Part shown: piece after piece, positions 45,949 through 55,740 of the stretch | Position numbering within the stretch: the first letter of the stretch is position 1 | How the letters are laid out: every line of letters begins with the position of its first letter | Assembly: GCA_963745625.1 (NCBI GenBank) | Contig: CAVUXZ010000014.1 | Location: forward strand, 162,787 to 226,786 | DNA length: 64,000 nucleotides | Source of the DNA: an uncultured Solirubrobacterales bacterium | GTDB taxonomy: Bacteria; Actinomycetota; Thermoleophilia; Solirubrobacterales; 70-9 | Reading direction: 5' to 3' | Translations under genes and position numbers: made by a program | The notes under the pieces: model-generated | The model's database searches: none | Told to the model about the DNA's origin: nothing | What the model saw: only the letters and a program-made list of their open reading frames with translations

Positions 45949-48174
45949 ATGAGCAGGGCGGGGAGAGAGAGGATCCCGAAGCGGATCGGCGCGCCGGTTC
46001 TGGCCGCGCTCGCCCTCGTCCTGCTGGTGCCCTCGGCGGCGTCCGCCGCGAACTCCCTGGCCGTCCACGGCAGTGTCAACCAGGTCTACGTCACCGGCGC
46101 CCAGCCCGGGACCAGCCTGCGCCTGGTGCGCAAGGGCAAGACGGTTTCCAAGAAACCCGTCGGCAGTCTCGGTGGCGTCCTCTTCCGCCGGGTCGCGGCC
46201 GGGAAGGGCTACCGCGTCCGTGCCGCCGACGGTTCGCTCTCCGTGCCCGTCGGAGTGATGAGCGACCGCTCCGCGCCGAAGGACCCGTCGATCTACAACC
46301 AGACGCTGCCCGCCGGAGGCTACGGATACCTGACCACGAGGGATGGAACCAGCCTGGCGGTCGACGTGAGGCTGCCGGGCCCCGCCTCTGCCGGCCCCTA
46401 CCCGACCCTGGTCGAGTACTCGGGCTACGGCTACGCCAACCCGGCCGGCGCCGAGAGCGGCATCAGCCAGATCCTCAACCTGCTCGGATTCGCCGTGGTG
46501 GACGTGAACATGCGCGGCACCGGCTGCTCCGGCGGCGCCTTCGACTTCTTCGAGAAGCTGCAGAGCCTGGACGGCTACGACGTCGTCGAGACCGTTGCCC
46601 GCCAGCCCTGGGTCCTGAATGGCCGGGTCGGCATGGCGGGCATCTCCTTCGGCGGGATCAGCCAGCTATTCGTCGGCGCGACCAGGCCGCCCCATCTCGC
46701 CGCGATCACGCCGCTCTCGGTGATCGACAACTCCGCGACCACGCTGTACCCGGGCGGGCTGCTCAACACCGGGTTCACCGTCAAGTGGGTCCAGGACCGC
46801 GTGGACGACGCGAAGCCGGCGACGGCCACGGATGGTCAGGGCTGGGCGTACAAGCGGATCCAGGAGAGCGACCAGATCTGCAAGGCGAATCAGACGCTCC
46901 ACACCGCCCACGCGGACCTGATCAACAAAATCCCCCGCAACCAGGTCTATCGGCCCAAGGTCGCCGATCCGATCAATCCATCCACATTCGTGAACCGCAT
47001 CAACGTCCCGGTATTCCTCGCCTGCCAGTTCAACGACGAGCAGACCGGCGCGCACTGTCCGTACCTCGCGGAACGCTTCACCGGGACCCGCCGGAAGTGG
47101 TTCACCTTCACCAACGGCTTCCACATCGACTCGATCGATCCCGAGACCTTCAACCGCTTGTTCGACTTCCTCGAGCTCTACGTGGCCCAGCGAAGACCGG
47201 AGTACCCTCCGGGCACGGCCGCCCTCGCGCCGCTGATCTACCAGACGGCGATGGGAGTGCCCGGCGTGACCCTGCCCCATGACCCGATCCAGGACCAGCC
47301 CACCTACCAGGCGGCCCTGGACGCGTTCCAGGCGCAGCCGTCCATCCGCGTGATGTTCGACAACGGGGCAGGCGGCTCGACCGGGTCCCCGTACCCCGCC
47401 TTCGAGCGCGACTTCAGCCGCTTCCCGATCCCCGGCACGCGGGCGCGATCCTGGTTCTTCGGTGCCGACGGCTCGCTCACCGGCAAGCCACCGAAGAAGG
47501 GGCGCAAGGGCGGCGGCCAGGCCTTCATCTGGAACAAGGGCGCGCGACCGGCCAACGACTTCGCCGGCACGGACACCGGGGGCGGGGATCTCTGGACCGC
47601 CCATCCGAACTTCGACTGGCGCCAGCCGCCGGCCGGGACCGCCGCTTCCTTCATCACGCCGCCGTTGGCGCACGACGCCGGCATCATCGGCGGCGGCGCC
47701 GTCCATGCCTGGATTCGCACCTCGGTCCCGGTAGTGGACCTCCAGGTCACGGTCTCCGAGGTGCGCCCGGACGGCAAGGAGACCTACGTCCAGAGCGGCT
47801 ATCTACGGAGCAGCTTCCGCAAACTCAACCCCAAGCTCAGCTCGCCGGTCGAGCCGGTGTTGAAGCAGGGCCCTGGAGACACCGCGAAGGTCCCCAAGGG
47901 CAAGCTGACGAAGCTGATCATCCCGCTCTACTACGAGGGCCACGTCTATCGGGCGGGCTCGCGGATTCGCGTCACCGTGAGCGCTCCGGTCGGCGACCAA
48001 CCGATCTGGGCCTTCGACGAGGCGGTCCCAACCCATGACGCGAAGGTCACCGTCGCCTTCTCGCACAAGCACCCGTCCCGTCTCATTCTCCCGCTGGTGC
48101 CGGGAGTCTCGGCGCCCACCCCGCTGCCTCCGTGCCCCGGGCTGCGCGGCGAGCCCTGCCGGAACTACCCGTAG
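45949..48174 (+). CDS. secreted CocE/NonD-family (S15, Xaa-Pro dipeptidyl-peptidase-like) hydrolase
   Basis: Signal peptide from the ATG at 45949. [23 protein letters not shown], nucleophile GISFGG. Confidence 0.85.
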   Translation: MSRAGRERIPKRIGAPVLAALALVLLVPSAASAANSLAVHGSVNQVYVTGAQPGTSLRLVRKGKTVSKKPVGSLGGVLFRRVAAGKGYRVRAADGSLSVPVGVMSDRSAPKDPSIYNQTLPAGGYGYLTTRDGTSLAVDVRLPGPASAGPYPTLVEYSGYGYANPAGAESGISQILNLLGFAVVDVNMRGTGCSGGAFDFFEKLQSLDGYDVVETVARQPWVLNGRVGMAGISFGGISQLFVGATRPPHLAAITPLSVIDNSATTLYPGGLLNTGFTVKWVQDRVDDAKPATATDGQGWAYKRIQESDQICKANQTLHTAHADLINKIPRNQVYRPKVADPINPSTFVNRINVPVFLACQFNDEQTGAHCPYLAERFTGTRRKWFTFTNGFHIDSIDPETFNRLFDFLELYVAQRRPEYPPGTAALAPLIYQTAMGVPGVTLPHDPIQDQPTYQAALDAFQAQPSIRVMFDNGAGGSTGSPYPAFERDFSRFPIPGTRARSWFFGADGSLTGKPPKKGRKGGGQAFIWNKGARPANDFAGTDTGGGDLWTAHPNFDWRQPPAGTAASFITPPLAHDAGIIGGGAVHAWIRTSVPVVDLQVTVSEVRPDGKETYVQSGYLRSSFRKLNPKLSSPVEPVLKQGPGDTAKVPKGKLTKLIIPLYYEGHVYRAGSRIRVTVSAPVGDQPIWAFDEAVPTHDAKVTVAFSHKHPSRLILPLVPGVSAPTPLPPCPGLRGEPCRNYP

Positions 48175-48211
48175 GCGTCGTTCCCAGAACTTCGAAGGGG
48201 AGTACAACGCG

Positions 48212-48709
48212 ATGAGCGACAACGCCGAGACCGCGATCCTCGCCGGAGGCTGCTTCTGGCCGGCGCAGGAACTGCTGCGCCACCGCGACGGAGTCATTTC
48301 GACCCGGGTCGGATACACCGGCGGGGAGAACGACAACCCGACCGACGTGAACCATCCGGGTCACGCCGAGGCGGTCGAGATCGTCTTCGACCCCGAGCGC
48401 ATCTCCTACCGGGACCTTCTCGAGTTCTTCTTCCAGATCCACCGACCCGACCTTGGCGAACGCCTTGTCGGCTCCGACTACCGCTCCGAGATCTTCTGTA
48501 CGAGCGACGAGCAGCGCCAGGTCGCCGAGGAGACGATCGCCGACGCCGACGCCTCAGGCATCTGGCCCGGCAAGGTGGTGACCGAGGTCAGCGAGGCCGG
48601 CCCCTTCTGGGAGTCCGAGGCCGAGGATCAGGACTACCTCCAGCGCTACCCCGACGACGGCACCTCTTACTTCCCGCGGCCGGTCCGGAAGCCGGCAGAC
48701 CGCGCCTGA
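48212..48709 (+). CDS. msrA: peptide-methionine (S)-S-oxide reductase
   Basis: [15 protein letters not shown] and GYTGG...[11 protein letters not shown] motifs. ATG at 48212. Confidence 0.92.
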   Translation: MSDNAETAILAGGCFWPAQELLRHRDGVISTRVGYTGGENDNPTDVNHPGHAEAVEIVFDPERISYRDLLEFFFQIHRPDLGERLVGSDYRSEIFCTSDEQRQVAEETIADADASGIWPGKVVTEVSEAGPFWESEAEDQDYLQRYPDDGTSYFPRPVRKPADRA

Positions 48710-49171
48710 CTAGGCGGCGACCTTGACGCCGGGGCCCGGGAAGGCCTCGGCGTCACGCGCGCCGACATGTTCGCCGCACTTCGAGCAGCGCAGATCGAGG
48801 GTCGGCTCTCCACCGCAGCCACGGTGGCGCACCTCGAGGGGCGGACCGTCTTCGGCCAAATAGCGGTCGCCCCACTCGCGAAGCGCCATCAGCACGGGGT
48901 AGAGGTCGAGCCCCATCTGGGTGAGGCGGTAGCGGTCGCGGGTGCGCACCTCGTCCTTGTAGGGCTCGCGGCGCAGGACGCCGGCCTCGACCAGGCGGCC
49001 CAAGCGCTCGGAAAGCAGCGAGCGGGAGATGCCGAGGGCGCCCTGGAAGTCCTCGAAGCGCTTGGTGCCGTTGAAGGCCTGGCGAAGGATCACCAAGGTC
49101 CAGCGGTCGCCCAGCAGGGCGGCGGGACGGGCGATCGAGCAGTTCTGTTCGGCGAGGTCGGCGGCGCGCAT
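48710..49171 (-). CDS. HxlR-family transcriptional regulator with a C-terminal Cys4 extension
   Basis: CSIARPAALLGDRWTLVILRQAF.GTKRFEDF...LSERLGRLVEAGVL. Tail HRGCGGEP...CSKCGEH. Confidence 0.85.
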   Translation of the reverse strand: MRAADLAEQNCSIARPAALLGDRWTLVILRQAFNGTKRFEDFQGALGISRSLLSERLGRLVEAGVLRREPYKDEVRTRDRYRLTQMGLDLYPVLMALREWGDRYLAEDGPPLEVRHRGCGGEPTLDLRCSKCGEHVGARDAEAFPGPGVKVAA

Positions 49172-49228
49172 CCCGGCCCAGCATAGCGAGGCTACGTTCG
49201 GAATCCGAACCCTATAGCCTTGCGTCCA

Positions 49229-49312
49229 GCTTCTGAACCCAAAACCCGTGTCGCCGCGGCTCGCGGCGCGGCTTCTGAACCCAAAACCCGTGTCGCCGCG
49301 GCTCGCGGCGCG
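49229..49312. repeat. perfect 42-bp tandem duplication (2 copies), each carrying a 7-bp-stem hairpin
   Basis: gcttctgaacccaaaacccgtgtcgccgcggctcgcggcgcg occurs at 49229-49270 and again at 49271-49312 with no mismatch. Each unit contains CGCCGCG-GCT-CGCGGCG. Confidence 0.95.
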
Positions 49313-49329
49313 GCCCTGAGGAGCACACG

Positions 49330-49821
49330 ATGCCGAAGCTCGACCTGACCATCACCGCCGAAGCCCTCTCCAACGACGACCAGCAGGAGCTGGCGCGCGA
49401 GTTGGGCGCCACCCTGCTCCACTGGGAGGGAGCACCGGACACCGAGTTCTTCCGCTCGATCACCTGGGCGCACGTGCATGCCCTGCCGGCCGACTCGATC
49501 CAGACCCCCGACGGCGTCGCCGAGCCGCACGCGGTCGTCGAGATCACCGTGCCGAGCGGCGCTCTCAGCGATCGGCGTAAGGCGGGCCTGGTCGAGGACG
49601 TCACGAAGGTTGTCCTCGAGAAGACAGGCTGGGGAGCCGACGCCGGTCTCCGGGTCTGGACCCTGATCCACGAGGTGCCGGATGGGAACTGGGGCGCCGC
49701 GGGCCAGGTGGTCCGCTTCCAACAGCTCGTGGAGGCCGCCAAGGCCGAGCGGGATCAAGAGGGCTCCGGCAAGGAGAAGGTGCCGGCCGCCGCGGAGGCG
49801 GGTGAGGAGATTCCCGCGTGA
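49330..49821 (+). CDS. tautomerase-superfamily-like protein (Pro-1)
   Basis: Starts MPKLDLTI (Pro after Met) with two beta-alpha-beta-like halves. The assignment is tentative. Confidence 0.45.
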   Translation: MPKLDLTITAEALSNDDQQELARELGATLLHWEGAPDTEFFRSITWAHVHALPADSIQTPDGVAEPHAVVEITVPSGALSDRRKAGLVEDVTKVVLEKTGWGADAGLRVWTLIHEVPDGNWGAAGQVVRFQQLVEAAKAERDQEGSGKEKVPAAAEAGEEIPA

Positions 49822-50840
49822 GGCAGCTCGAGTTCATCGAGAGGGGAAGGCTCGAATGGCGCGAGGCCCCTGACCCGAAGCTCGAGGGCGACGGCGAGGC
49901 AATCGTCAGTCCCGTCGCCCTCGCCACCTGCGACCTCGATGCGGCCTTCGTCAGGGGAATCGCGCCGGTCGCCAATCCCTTCCCGTTCGGGCACGAGTGC
50001 GTCGGCGAGGTCACCGACGTCGGCGACGGTGTCGGTTCGGTGGAGCCCGGCGACCTGGTCAGCGTTCCCTTCCAGGTCTCGTGTGGAGAGTGCGCGGCCT
50101 GTCTCGACGGGCGCTCCGGGAACTGCGAGTCGGTCCCTCGTCTCTCGATGTACGGGCTGCCGGTCGGACCCCAGTCCTACGGTGGCTTCGCGAGCGATGC
50201 GGTCAAGGTGCCCTACGCGGACGCGATGCTCGTCCCGATTCCCGAGGGCGTTGCACCCACAGCGGTGGCGAGCCTCTCCGACAACATCCCCGACGCCTGG
50301 CGGACGGTCGCAGGTCCGCTCGAGCGGGCACCCGGATCACCCGTCCTGATCGCGATGGGTGCCGGCTCGATTGCGCTCTATGCGATCGCGATTGCGCTGG
50401 CGCTCGGGGCCGAGCGCGTCGACGTGGTCGGCGGCCGAGAGCGCGACCGCGGACTGGCCGAGAAGCTCGGCGCGAACGTCCTCGACGATCAGTTCCCGGA
50501 TCGCGCCGGGTTCTATCCGGTCACGGTCGATGCGAGCGCCGACGCCGCCGGCATCGCTTGCGCCCTGCGGTCGACCGACGCGGACGGGATCTGCACCAGC
50601 ATCGGGATCTACTTCCAGCCGACGCCACTGCCCCTGCTCGACATGTTCACCCAGGGGATCACCTTCGTGACCGGGCGGCCGCACGTCCGCCCCCTGATGC
50701 CGGAAGTGCTCGAGCTGGTCCGCCAGGGCAGGTTCGATCCCGACCCGATGACCGTCACCAAGGTCCCCTGGGGCGACGCGGCAGAAGCCCTTTCGGACCT
50801 GCGCGCGAAGACGGTCGTGTTACGCGAGGGTGTCGCGTAA
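49818..50840 (+). CDS. zinc-dependent alcohol dehydrogenase (MDR) family oxidoreductase
   Basis: GHECVGEV, structural zinc CGECAACLDGRSGNC, Rossmann IAMGAGSIALYA. GTGA overlap with the upstream gene. Confidence 0.85.
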   Translation: MRQLEFIERGRLEWREAPDPKLEGDGEAIVSPVALATCDLDAAFVRGIAPVANPFPFGHECVGEVTDVGDGVGSVEPGDLVSVPFQVSCGECAACLDGRSGNCESVPRLSMYGLPVGPQSYGGFASDAVKVPYADAMLVPIPEGVAPTAVASLSDNIPDAWRTVAGPLERAPGSPVLIAMGAGSIALYAIAIALALGAERVDVVGGRERDRGLAEKLGANVLDDQFPDRAGFYPVTVDASADAAGIACALRSTDADGICTSIGIYFQPTPLPLLDMFTQGITFVTGRPHVRPLMPEVLELVRQGRFDPDPMTVTKVPWGDAAEALSDLRAKTVVLREGVA

Positions 50841-50863
50841 GCGGCAACCCGATTCATGCTGGT

Positions 50864-52075
50864 CTAGCCCGGGCTGCCGACACCGCCGGTGCCACCCGAC
50901 GATGAGGTGGCGCCGATCGGCGCCCGCAAGGGCGCGATCGTGGGCTGCAGGAAGAAGAGGCGCATCGCGTCCTCGGCGGCGAAGAGGAAGAACGCTCCGA
51001 CTCCCTGCTTGAGCCCAGGCCGGACACATGCCGCGGCCTGGGCGGGCGACGTGCTCAGGATCGCCTGCCTCGCGCTCGCCTGGGGGCTGTCGGTGAAGGA
51101 GATCTCCATCGCCAGGTTGCTCAGCACCGGCTTCGCCTTCTTCTTCAGTGGCAGCCGGATCGTCTTCTTCCGTTTCTTCTTCTTGCCTGGGACCTTGATC
51201 TTCTTGGTGATGAACTTGAAGTTGTATTGGAGGCGGAGCGCCTTGGCCCGGGCCCCGAATCCGGCGGCGCCGCCCTCGGCGCAGGCGTCCTGGGTCTGCA
51301 CGCTCTGGGGCCCGAGCTTGCGGGAGCCGAGTCGCAGGTTCTTCTTGTTGAGGTCCTGCGCGATCTGGCCGTAGTTCCAGTCTGCGAAGTCCTGCGGTGC
51401 CAGGCCCGTGCGCTTGCCCACGCCGACCGGGTTGGCGGCAGTGGTCGATGCCAGGCCGAGATTCCACCCCTTGGTCCTCGGGAAGGTCATTGCGAACTTG
51501 TTCGCCCACGGCGGCCGCGCGGGGTCGGTCACCCGCCCGCTGTTCCAGTCGTCCTGCTCGAAGTCGGTCATCAGCGCGAAGACGTTCGGGTCGTCGATCC
51601 CGGTGAACGCGTAGCCGGCCTGGGTGGGATCGAAGCTCAATCCGTTCAGGTCGATGATCCGATTGCACGGGAAGGTGGCTCGCAGTGAGGACGCGAGGCC
51701 GACGGCGACGGATGGAGTCATCGGCGGAAACTGGCCGCTGCCCGTGAACCGTGCGTTGAGAACGAAGATGTCCTGCGGGCGGACGAACGGCGCAAGGCCC
51801 TCATGGTTCGGGTCCGTGTTGAACTGCGTCCAGGTGTTGACGTTGCCCTGTGTGTTGATCCGGATCAACATCGTGAAACGGTTGGCAGCGGACCCGGTGG
51901 GTGCGAGGCCGTAGGGAGGGGCCGGGCATCCCGCGGCTGTCTTCGCGGCCGAGGCGGGCGCGGCGTCGGCGCCGGCGAACGCAAGTGCGAGCACGGCAGC
52001 CGCCGCGACCAGCAAGATCGCGCGACGAGCGCGGCGTGATGCGCTCCCAGGCGGGTTTGTGGCGACTCCTGCCAT
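50864..52075 (-). CDS. secreted hypothetical protein with an internal poly-Lys segment
   Basis: Signal peptide (RRARRAILLVAAAAVLALAFAGADA) and a 403-aa ORF with good codon bias. KKIKVPGKKKKRKKTIRLPLKKKAKP insert. No family recognised. Confidence 0.6.
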   Translation of the reverse strand: MAGVATNPPGSASRRARRAILLVAAAAVLALAFAGADAAPASAAKTAAGCPAPPYGLAPTGSAANRFTMLIRINTQGNVNTWTQFNTDPNHEGLAPFVRPQDIFVLNARFTGSGQFPPMTPSVAVGLASSLRATFPCNRIIDLNGLSFDPTQAGYAFTGIDDPNVFALMTDFEQDDWNSGRVTDPARPPWANKFAMTFPRTKGWNLGLASTTAANPVGVGKRTGLAPQDFADWNYGQIAQDLNKKNLRLGSRKLGPQSVQTQDACAEGGAAGFGARAKALRLQYNFKFITKKIKVPGKKKKRKKTIRLPLKKKAKPVLSNLAMEISFTDSPQASARQAILSTSPAQAAACVRPGLKQGVGAFFLFAAEDAMRLFFLQPTIAPLRAPIGATSSSGGTGGVGSPG

Positions 52076-52086
52076 ATCGGACGAGT

Positions 52087-52107
52087 GACGCCGAAGCTAA
52101 CGGCGTC
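52087..52107 (-). terminator. candidate stem-loop after the M20 hydrolase gene
   Basis: GACGCCG-aagctaa-CGGCGTC (7-bp stem) 43 nt after the stop at 52150. No U-tract, so weak. Confidence 0.3.
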
Positions 52108-52149
52108 CTACCCACCAACACGCGAGCCTTCTTGCAGTTGTGCAGGGGT

Positions 52150-53379
52150 TTAGGAGAGCCGGGAGTTCACGAGGACCCCGAACACCTCAATCGCTGCCCG
52201 CAGGTCGTCCTCATCGGTGTCCTCCTCGCGCGCATGGCTGACGCCGCCGATCGACGGCGAGAAGATCATCGCGGCGGGCATCCGCCCCGCCATCGAGGCA
52301 GCGTCGTGCAGCGCTCCGCTGGGGAGCGCGAAGGCCGTTCCCGTGACCTGTTCGCAGGCGTCCCGCGCCGAGGCGACCAGGGCGGGGTCGAAGGCGATCG
52401 GCTCGATGCTCCAGATCGGCTCCTCACTGGTCTCGCATCCCCGCAGCTCTGCGCTCTCGGCCACCGCCTCGCGAGTCTTGGCGAGCATTCGCGACAGGGC
52501 TTCAGCGTCGGGGTGGCGGAGGTCCACCTGCATCGAGGCGACCCCTGCGATTGCCGTGACTATCCCCGGCTCATAGTCGACCACGCCCACCGTGCCGACG
52601 CCGCTCTCCTGCCGGGCGATCTCCTCGATGCGCAGCGCCGCCGCCGCTGCGGCGAGCCCGGCATCGTGGCGGGCATCCATCGGCGTCGTGCCGGCATGAG
52701 CGGCGCGACCCCGCACCACGAAGCGGTGGCGCTCGACCCCGGCACACCCGGTCACCGCCGCGGCCCTGATCCCCTCCGCCTCCAGGGTCGGTCCCTGCTC
52801 GATGTGGAGCTCGAGGTAGGCGCTGAGCCTCTCCAGCCGGGAACCGCATTCGAGCACCCGCTCGAGGTGGACGCCGTTCTCGGCCAGAACGCCCGGGGCG
52901 CGCAGGCCCTCGGCGTCCCGGGCGTTCGCGAGCGCGGCCGGATCCAGGGTGCCCGCCGCCGCCGAGCTGCCGAACAGGCTCCGCCCGAAGCGGGCCCCCT
53001 CCTCGTCGGCCCAATCGACCAGCGCGAGAGTCCGCGGCGGCTTGTCCTCCGCGCCCACCCAGGCCCGCAGCACACCGAGCCCCCCCATCACGCCGAGGGC
53101 GCCGTCGAGCCAGCCGCCGTCCGGAACGGAGTCGACGTGGGAACCGACGGCGAGCGCCGCTTCGGCCTCGCCCGGGAGGTACACCCAGGCGTTTCCCGCC
53201 TCGTCGACCTCGGGCTCGAGCCCGATCTCGCCGAGCAGCTCGCGCACGTACTCGCGTGCCCGCCGCCACCCGTCGCCCCAGCAGAGCCGCTGCGCGCCAT
53301 TCCCATCTCCCGTCCGGCTTTGCAGCTCGCGCAGGTCGGCGATCACGCGCTCCGCGTCGATCGCCGGTCCATCGCTCAC
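52150..53379 (-). CDS. M20-family amidohydrolase (N-carbamoyl-amino-acid / allantoate / ureido-compound hydrolase type)
   Basis: RLCWGDGW...AGNAWVYLPG...VGSHVDSVPDGGWLDGALGV pattern of AmaB/AllC-type carbamoylases. The GTG start at 53379 overlaps the upstream stop (GTGA). Confidence 0.85.
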   Translation of the reverse strand: MSDGPAIDAERVIADLRELQSRTGDGNGAQRLCWGDGWRRAREYVRELLGEIGLEPEVDEAGNAWVYLPGEAEAALAVGSHVDSVPDGGWLDGALGVMGGLGVLRAWVGAEDKPPRTLALVDWADEEGARFGRSLFGSSAAAGTLDPAALANARDAEGLRAPGVLAENGVHLERVLECGSRLERLSAYLELHIEQGPTLEAEGIRAAAVTGCAGVERHRFVVRGRAAHAGTTPMDARHDAGLAAAAAALRIEEIARQESGVGTVGVVDYEPGIVTAIAGVASMQVDLRHPDAEALSRMLAKTREAVAESAELRGCETSEEPIWSIEPIAFDPALVASARDACEQVTGTAFALPSGALHDAASMAGRMPAAMIFSPSIGGVSHAREEDTDEDDLRAAIEVFGVLVNSRLS

Positions 53380-54248
53380 CCCACGCGCTCCCTTCGGAGC
53401 GCCTGGCTCAGGCAGTGGGGGCCACCGCCGCCCAACGTGAACATCGAGAGGTCGAGCTCGATCACCTCCAGCCCGCGGGAGCGCAGTGCGGCGTTGAGCT
53501 CTACGGCCCCGGCGGCCGAGATGACCCGCTCGCCGCCGAGCGAGATCGCGTTCACGCCGAGGGTGAAGGCCTGCTCCTCGCTGATGTGGATCAGGTCGAA
53601 GTCCTTGGCGCGCAGCCACTCGACCGCATCATTCGGGAGCACGTCGGAGCAGACCGCGGCCAGCTTCTCCGCCAGCACCGCGACCAGCACGTCGATGTGG
53701 ACGTAGCGCTCGGGGAACGGCTGGACGCGGGCCTCCCAACCGTCCTCGCTGTACCAGGCCGCCAGCTGGGTTGCCGCGACCTCCTGGGTCCGGCCCTCTC
53801 CGGTGCCGATCAGCACCGCGCCGGGCTCGACGATCATCACGTCACCGCCCTCGAGCGATCCGGCCGTGATCATGCCGCGGATCGGGATGCCGGCCCGCTG
53901 GTAGAAACGGATCGCCGGCGCGTACTCGCCGCGGCGCCACCACTGAGCCGGCTGGGTGATCACCGCTCCCTTCGGTCCCATCGTGCTCGAATCGCGCGTG
54001 AACACCTCATACGGCAGAGCCGGCTCGGAATCGAGGAAGTGGCAGCGGACTCCCCCCTCCTCGTAGGCGGCGACCAGGCCGGCGTGTTGCTTGGCGACGA
54101 CCTCCGGGTCGAAGCGATGACCCTCCTCGAGGGTGGCCCGGGTGATTGCGCTCGTCTCGCGCCAGCGGAAGCTGTCCGGCGGGCAGACCAGGACGTCGAG
54201 CAGCCGCCCGTGCTCGGAGTCGACACCCCAGGCCGGCTCCTCGCTCAT
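53376..54248 (-). CDS. amidinotransferase-fold guanidino-group-modifying enzyme (DDAH / arginine-deiminase-like)
   Basis: 290 aa. ..VFTRDSS.., ..LEGGDV.. and C-terminal GGGPHCLSQ (catalytic Cys). ATGA overlap with the upstream gene. Confidence 0.8.
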   Translation of the reverse strand: MSEEPAWGVDSEHGRLLDVLVCPPDSFRWRETSAITRATLEEGHRFDPEVVAKQHAGLVAAYEEGGVRCHFLDSEPALPYEVFTRDSSTMGPKGAVITQPAQWWRRGEYAPAIRFYQRAGIPIRGMITAGSLEGGDVMIVEPGAVLIGTGEGRTQEVAATQLAAWYSEDGWEARVQPFPERYVHIDVLVAVLAEKLAAVCSDVLPNDAVEWLRAKDFDLIHISEEQAFTLGVNAISLGGERVISAAGAVELNAALRSRGLEVIELDLSMFTLGGGGPHCLSQALRRERVG

Positions 54249-55738
54249 TCGGTCACCACCCGAATCGTCCGCAGAGTGCGGTCGCTCGCGCCGCGGACCA
54301 GGCCTCCGTGCGCAAGGGAATCGGCGATGTAGGCGATGGTCGGGCCAGTCAGGCGCTCGCCGGGAAGGACGTTGGGGACGCCGGGCGGGTAGGCGGCGAG
54401 GGACTCGGCCGCGATCCTGCCCTCGGCCCGGTCGAACGGCACCACCTCCTGCGGCCCCAGGAACGCGTCGCGCGGGGCCAGGTCGAGCGGCCCCCATGGA
54501 GGAGGCTCGGCGAACGCGCGCCGCCTCTCGACATCGGCCGGCCCGATCTGCTCGACCGCGTGCCGAAGCCCCTCGACCAGGCGCTCCAACGGCGCGGTCG
54601 GTGTCTCGCCGATCCCGGAGACGGCGACGATCACGTTCTCGGAGTAGAGCTCCACGATGATGTCGTCCTTCTCCCGCATCAGCTGGGCGATGCGATGGCC
54701 GGTGACGCCAGTCCCCCTGACGTCGATCGAGAGCCGCAGCGGATCCCAGGCGGCGACGCTGGTGCGACCGGCGAGCCGCTCGTCGAGAACCTTCAAGCCG
54801 GGGATCTTGCGGATCTCCTCGCGGGTCCTCGCCAAGGACTCAAGCGTCCCTGAGAGCAGCTCCTGTCCCCGGGTCGCGGCGAATCGCCGAGCGGCGTCCA
54901 GGGAGGCCGTCAGCAGCGCGTTGGGGCTGGTGGACTCGACGAGCGTCACCGATCGGTCGATCAGGTCCTCGTCGACCTTGCCGCCCTTCCCGAGGTGGAG
55001 GATGGCCGACTGGGTCAGGCTGCCGACGATCTTGTGGGTGCTTGAGAGAACCAGGTCCGCTCCGTTGCGAAGGGCGCCGGTCGGCAGCGCCGGGTGGAAG
55101 TAGAGGTGTGATCCCCAGGCCTCGTCGACGACGAGCGGGACATCCCGGGCGTGCGCGACGGCGGCGAGATCTTCGATTCGGGCGACGGCCCCAAAGTAGG
55201 TGGGCGAGACCAGCATCGCGGCCTTCGCCTCGGGATCGGACTCGAGCGCCGCGTCGAGTGCCTCAGGTGTGACGCAGTGCGCGATGCCGAGCTGATTGTC
55301 GATCTCCGGGGCCACGAACGTCGGGCGCAGGCCGGAGAGCACCAGTCCGTCGATGATCGAGGAGTGGACGTTCCGCTGGACCACCACCCTCCCTCGGTGC
55401 GGCGGCCCGGTGGCGAGCTCGCCGGTCGCGTGAGCGAGGGTCATGCAGATCGCGTGGTTTCCGCCCGACGCTCCGTTGACCAGGAACCAGCTGCGCTGGG
55501 CGCCCCAGGCGTCGGCCGCGAGCTGCTGCGCGCGCTGGAAGGGCGTCGGCTCGGGCCCGACGTCGATCCCCTCGATGCTCGGCGGAACGTCGTGGAGGAT
55601 CGCCGCCTCTCCCAGTGCCTCGATCAGCTCGGGGTCGGCGCCGGTCCCCTTGTGGCCGGGGATGTGGAAGCGCCCCGGATCGCGCGCCACGTATTCGACG
55701 ACCGCGTCGAGGTAGGGGGCCTCGGTCTGGTCGGCCAC
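54245..55738 (-). CDS. PLP-dependent Orn/Lys/Arg decarboxylase (OKR_DC_1, Bacillus SpeA-like)
   Basis: FHIPGHKG, STHKIVGSLTQSAILH (PLP lysine). The GTG start lies 2 nt after the ALDH stop. Confidence 0.85.
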   Translation of the reverse strand: MADQTEAPYLDAVVEYVARDPGRFHIPGHKGTGADPELIEALGEAAILHDVPPSIEGIDVGPEPTPFQRAQQLAADAWGAQRSWFLVNGASGGNHAICMTLAHATGELATGPPHRGRVVVQRNVHSSIIDGLVLSGLRPTFVAPEIDNQLGIAHCVTPEALDAALESDPEAKAAMLVSPTYFGAVARIEDLAAVAHARDVPLVVDEAWGSHLYFHPALPTGALRNGADLVLSSTHKIVGSLTQSAILHLGKGGKVDEDLIDRSVTLVESTSPNALLTASLDAARRFAATRGQELLSGTLESLARTREEIRKIPGLKVLDERLAGRTSVAAWDPLRLSIDVRGTGVTGHRIAQLMREKDDIIVELYSENVIVAVSGIGETPTAPLERLVEGLRHAVEQIGPADVERRRAFAEPPPWGPLDLAPRDAFLGPQEVVPFDRAEGRIAAESLAAYPPGVPNVLPGERLTGPTIAYIADSLAHGGLVRGASDRTLRTIRVVTE

Positions 55739-55740
55739 CC

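Noticed and set aside
49229-49312. Possible CRISPR or minisatellite
   Set aside because: Only two directly abutting identical units, with no spacers and no cas genes. Treated as a tandem duplication.
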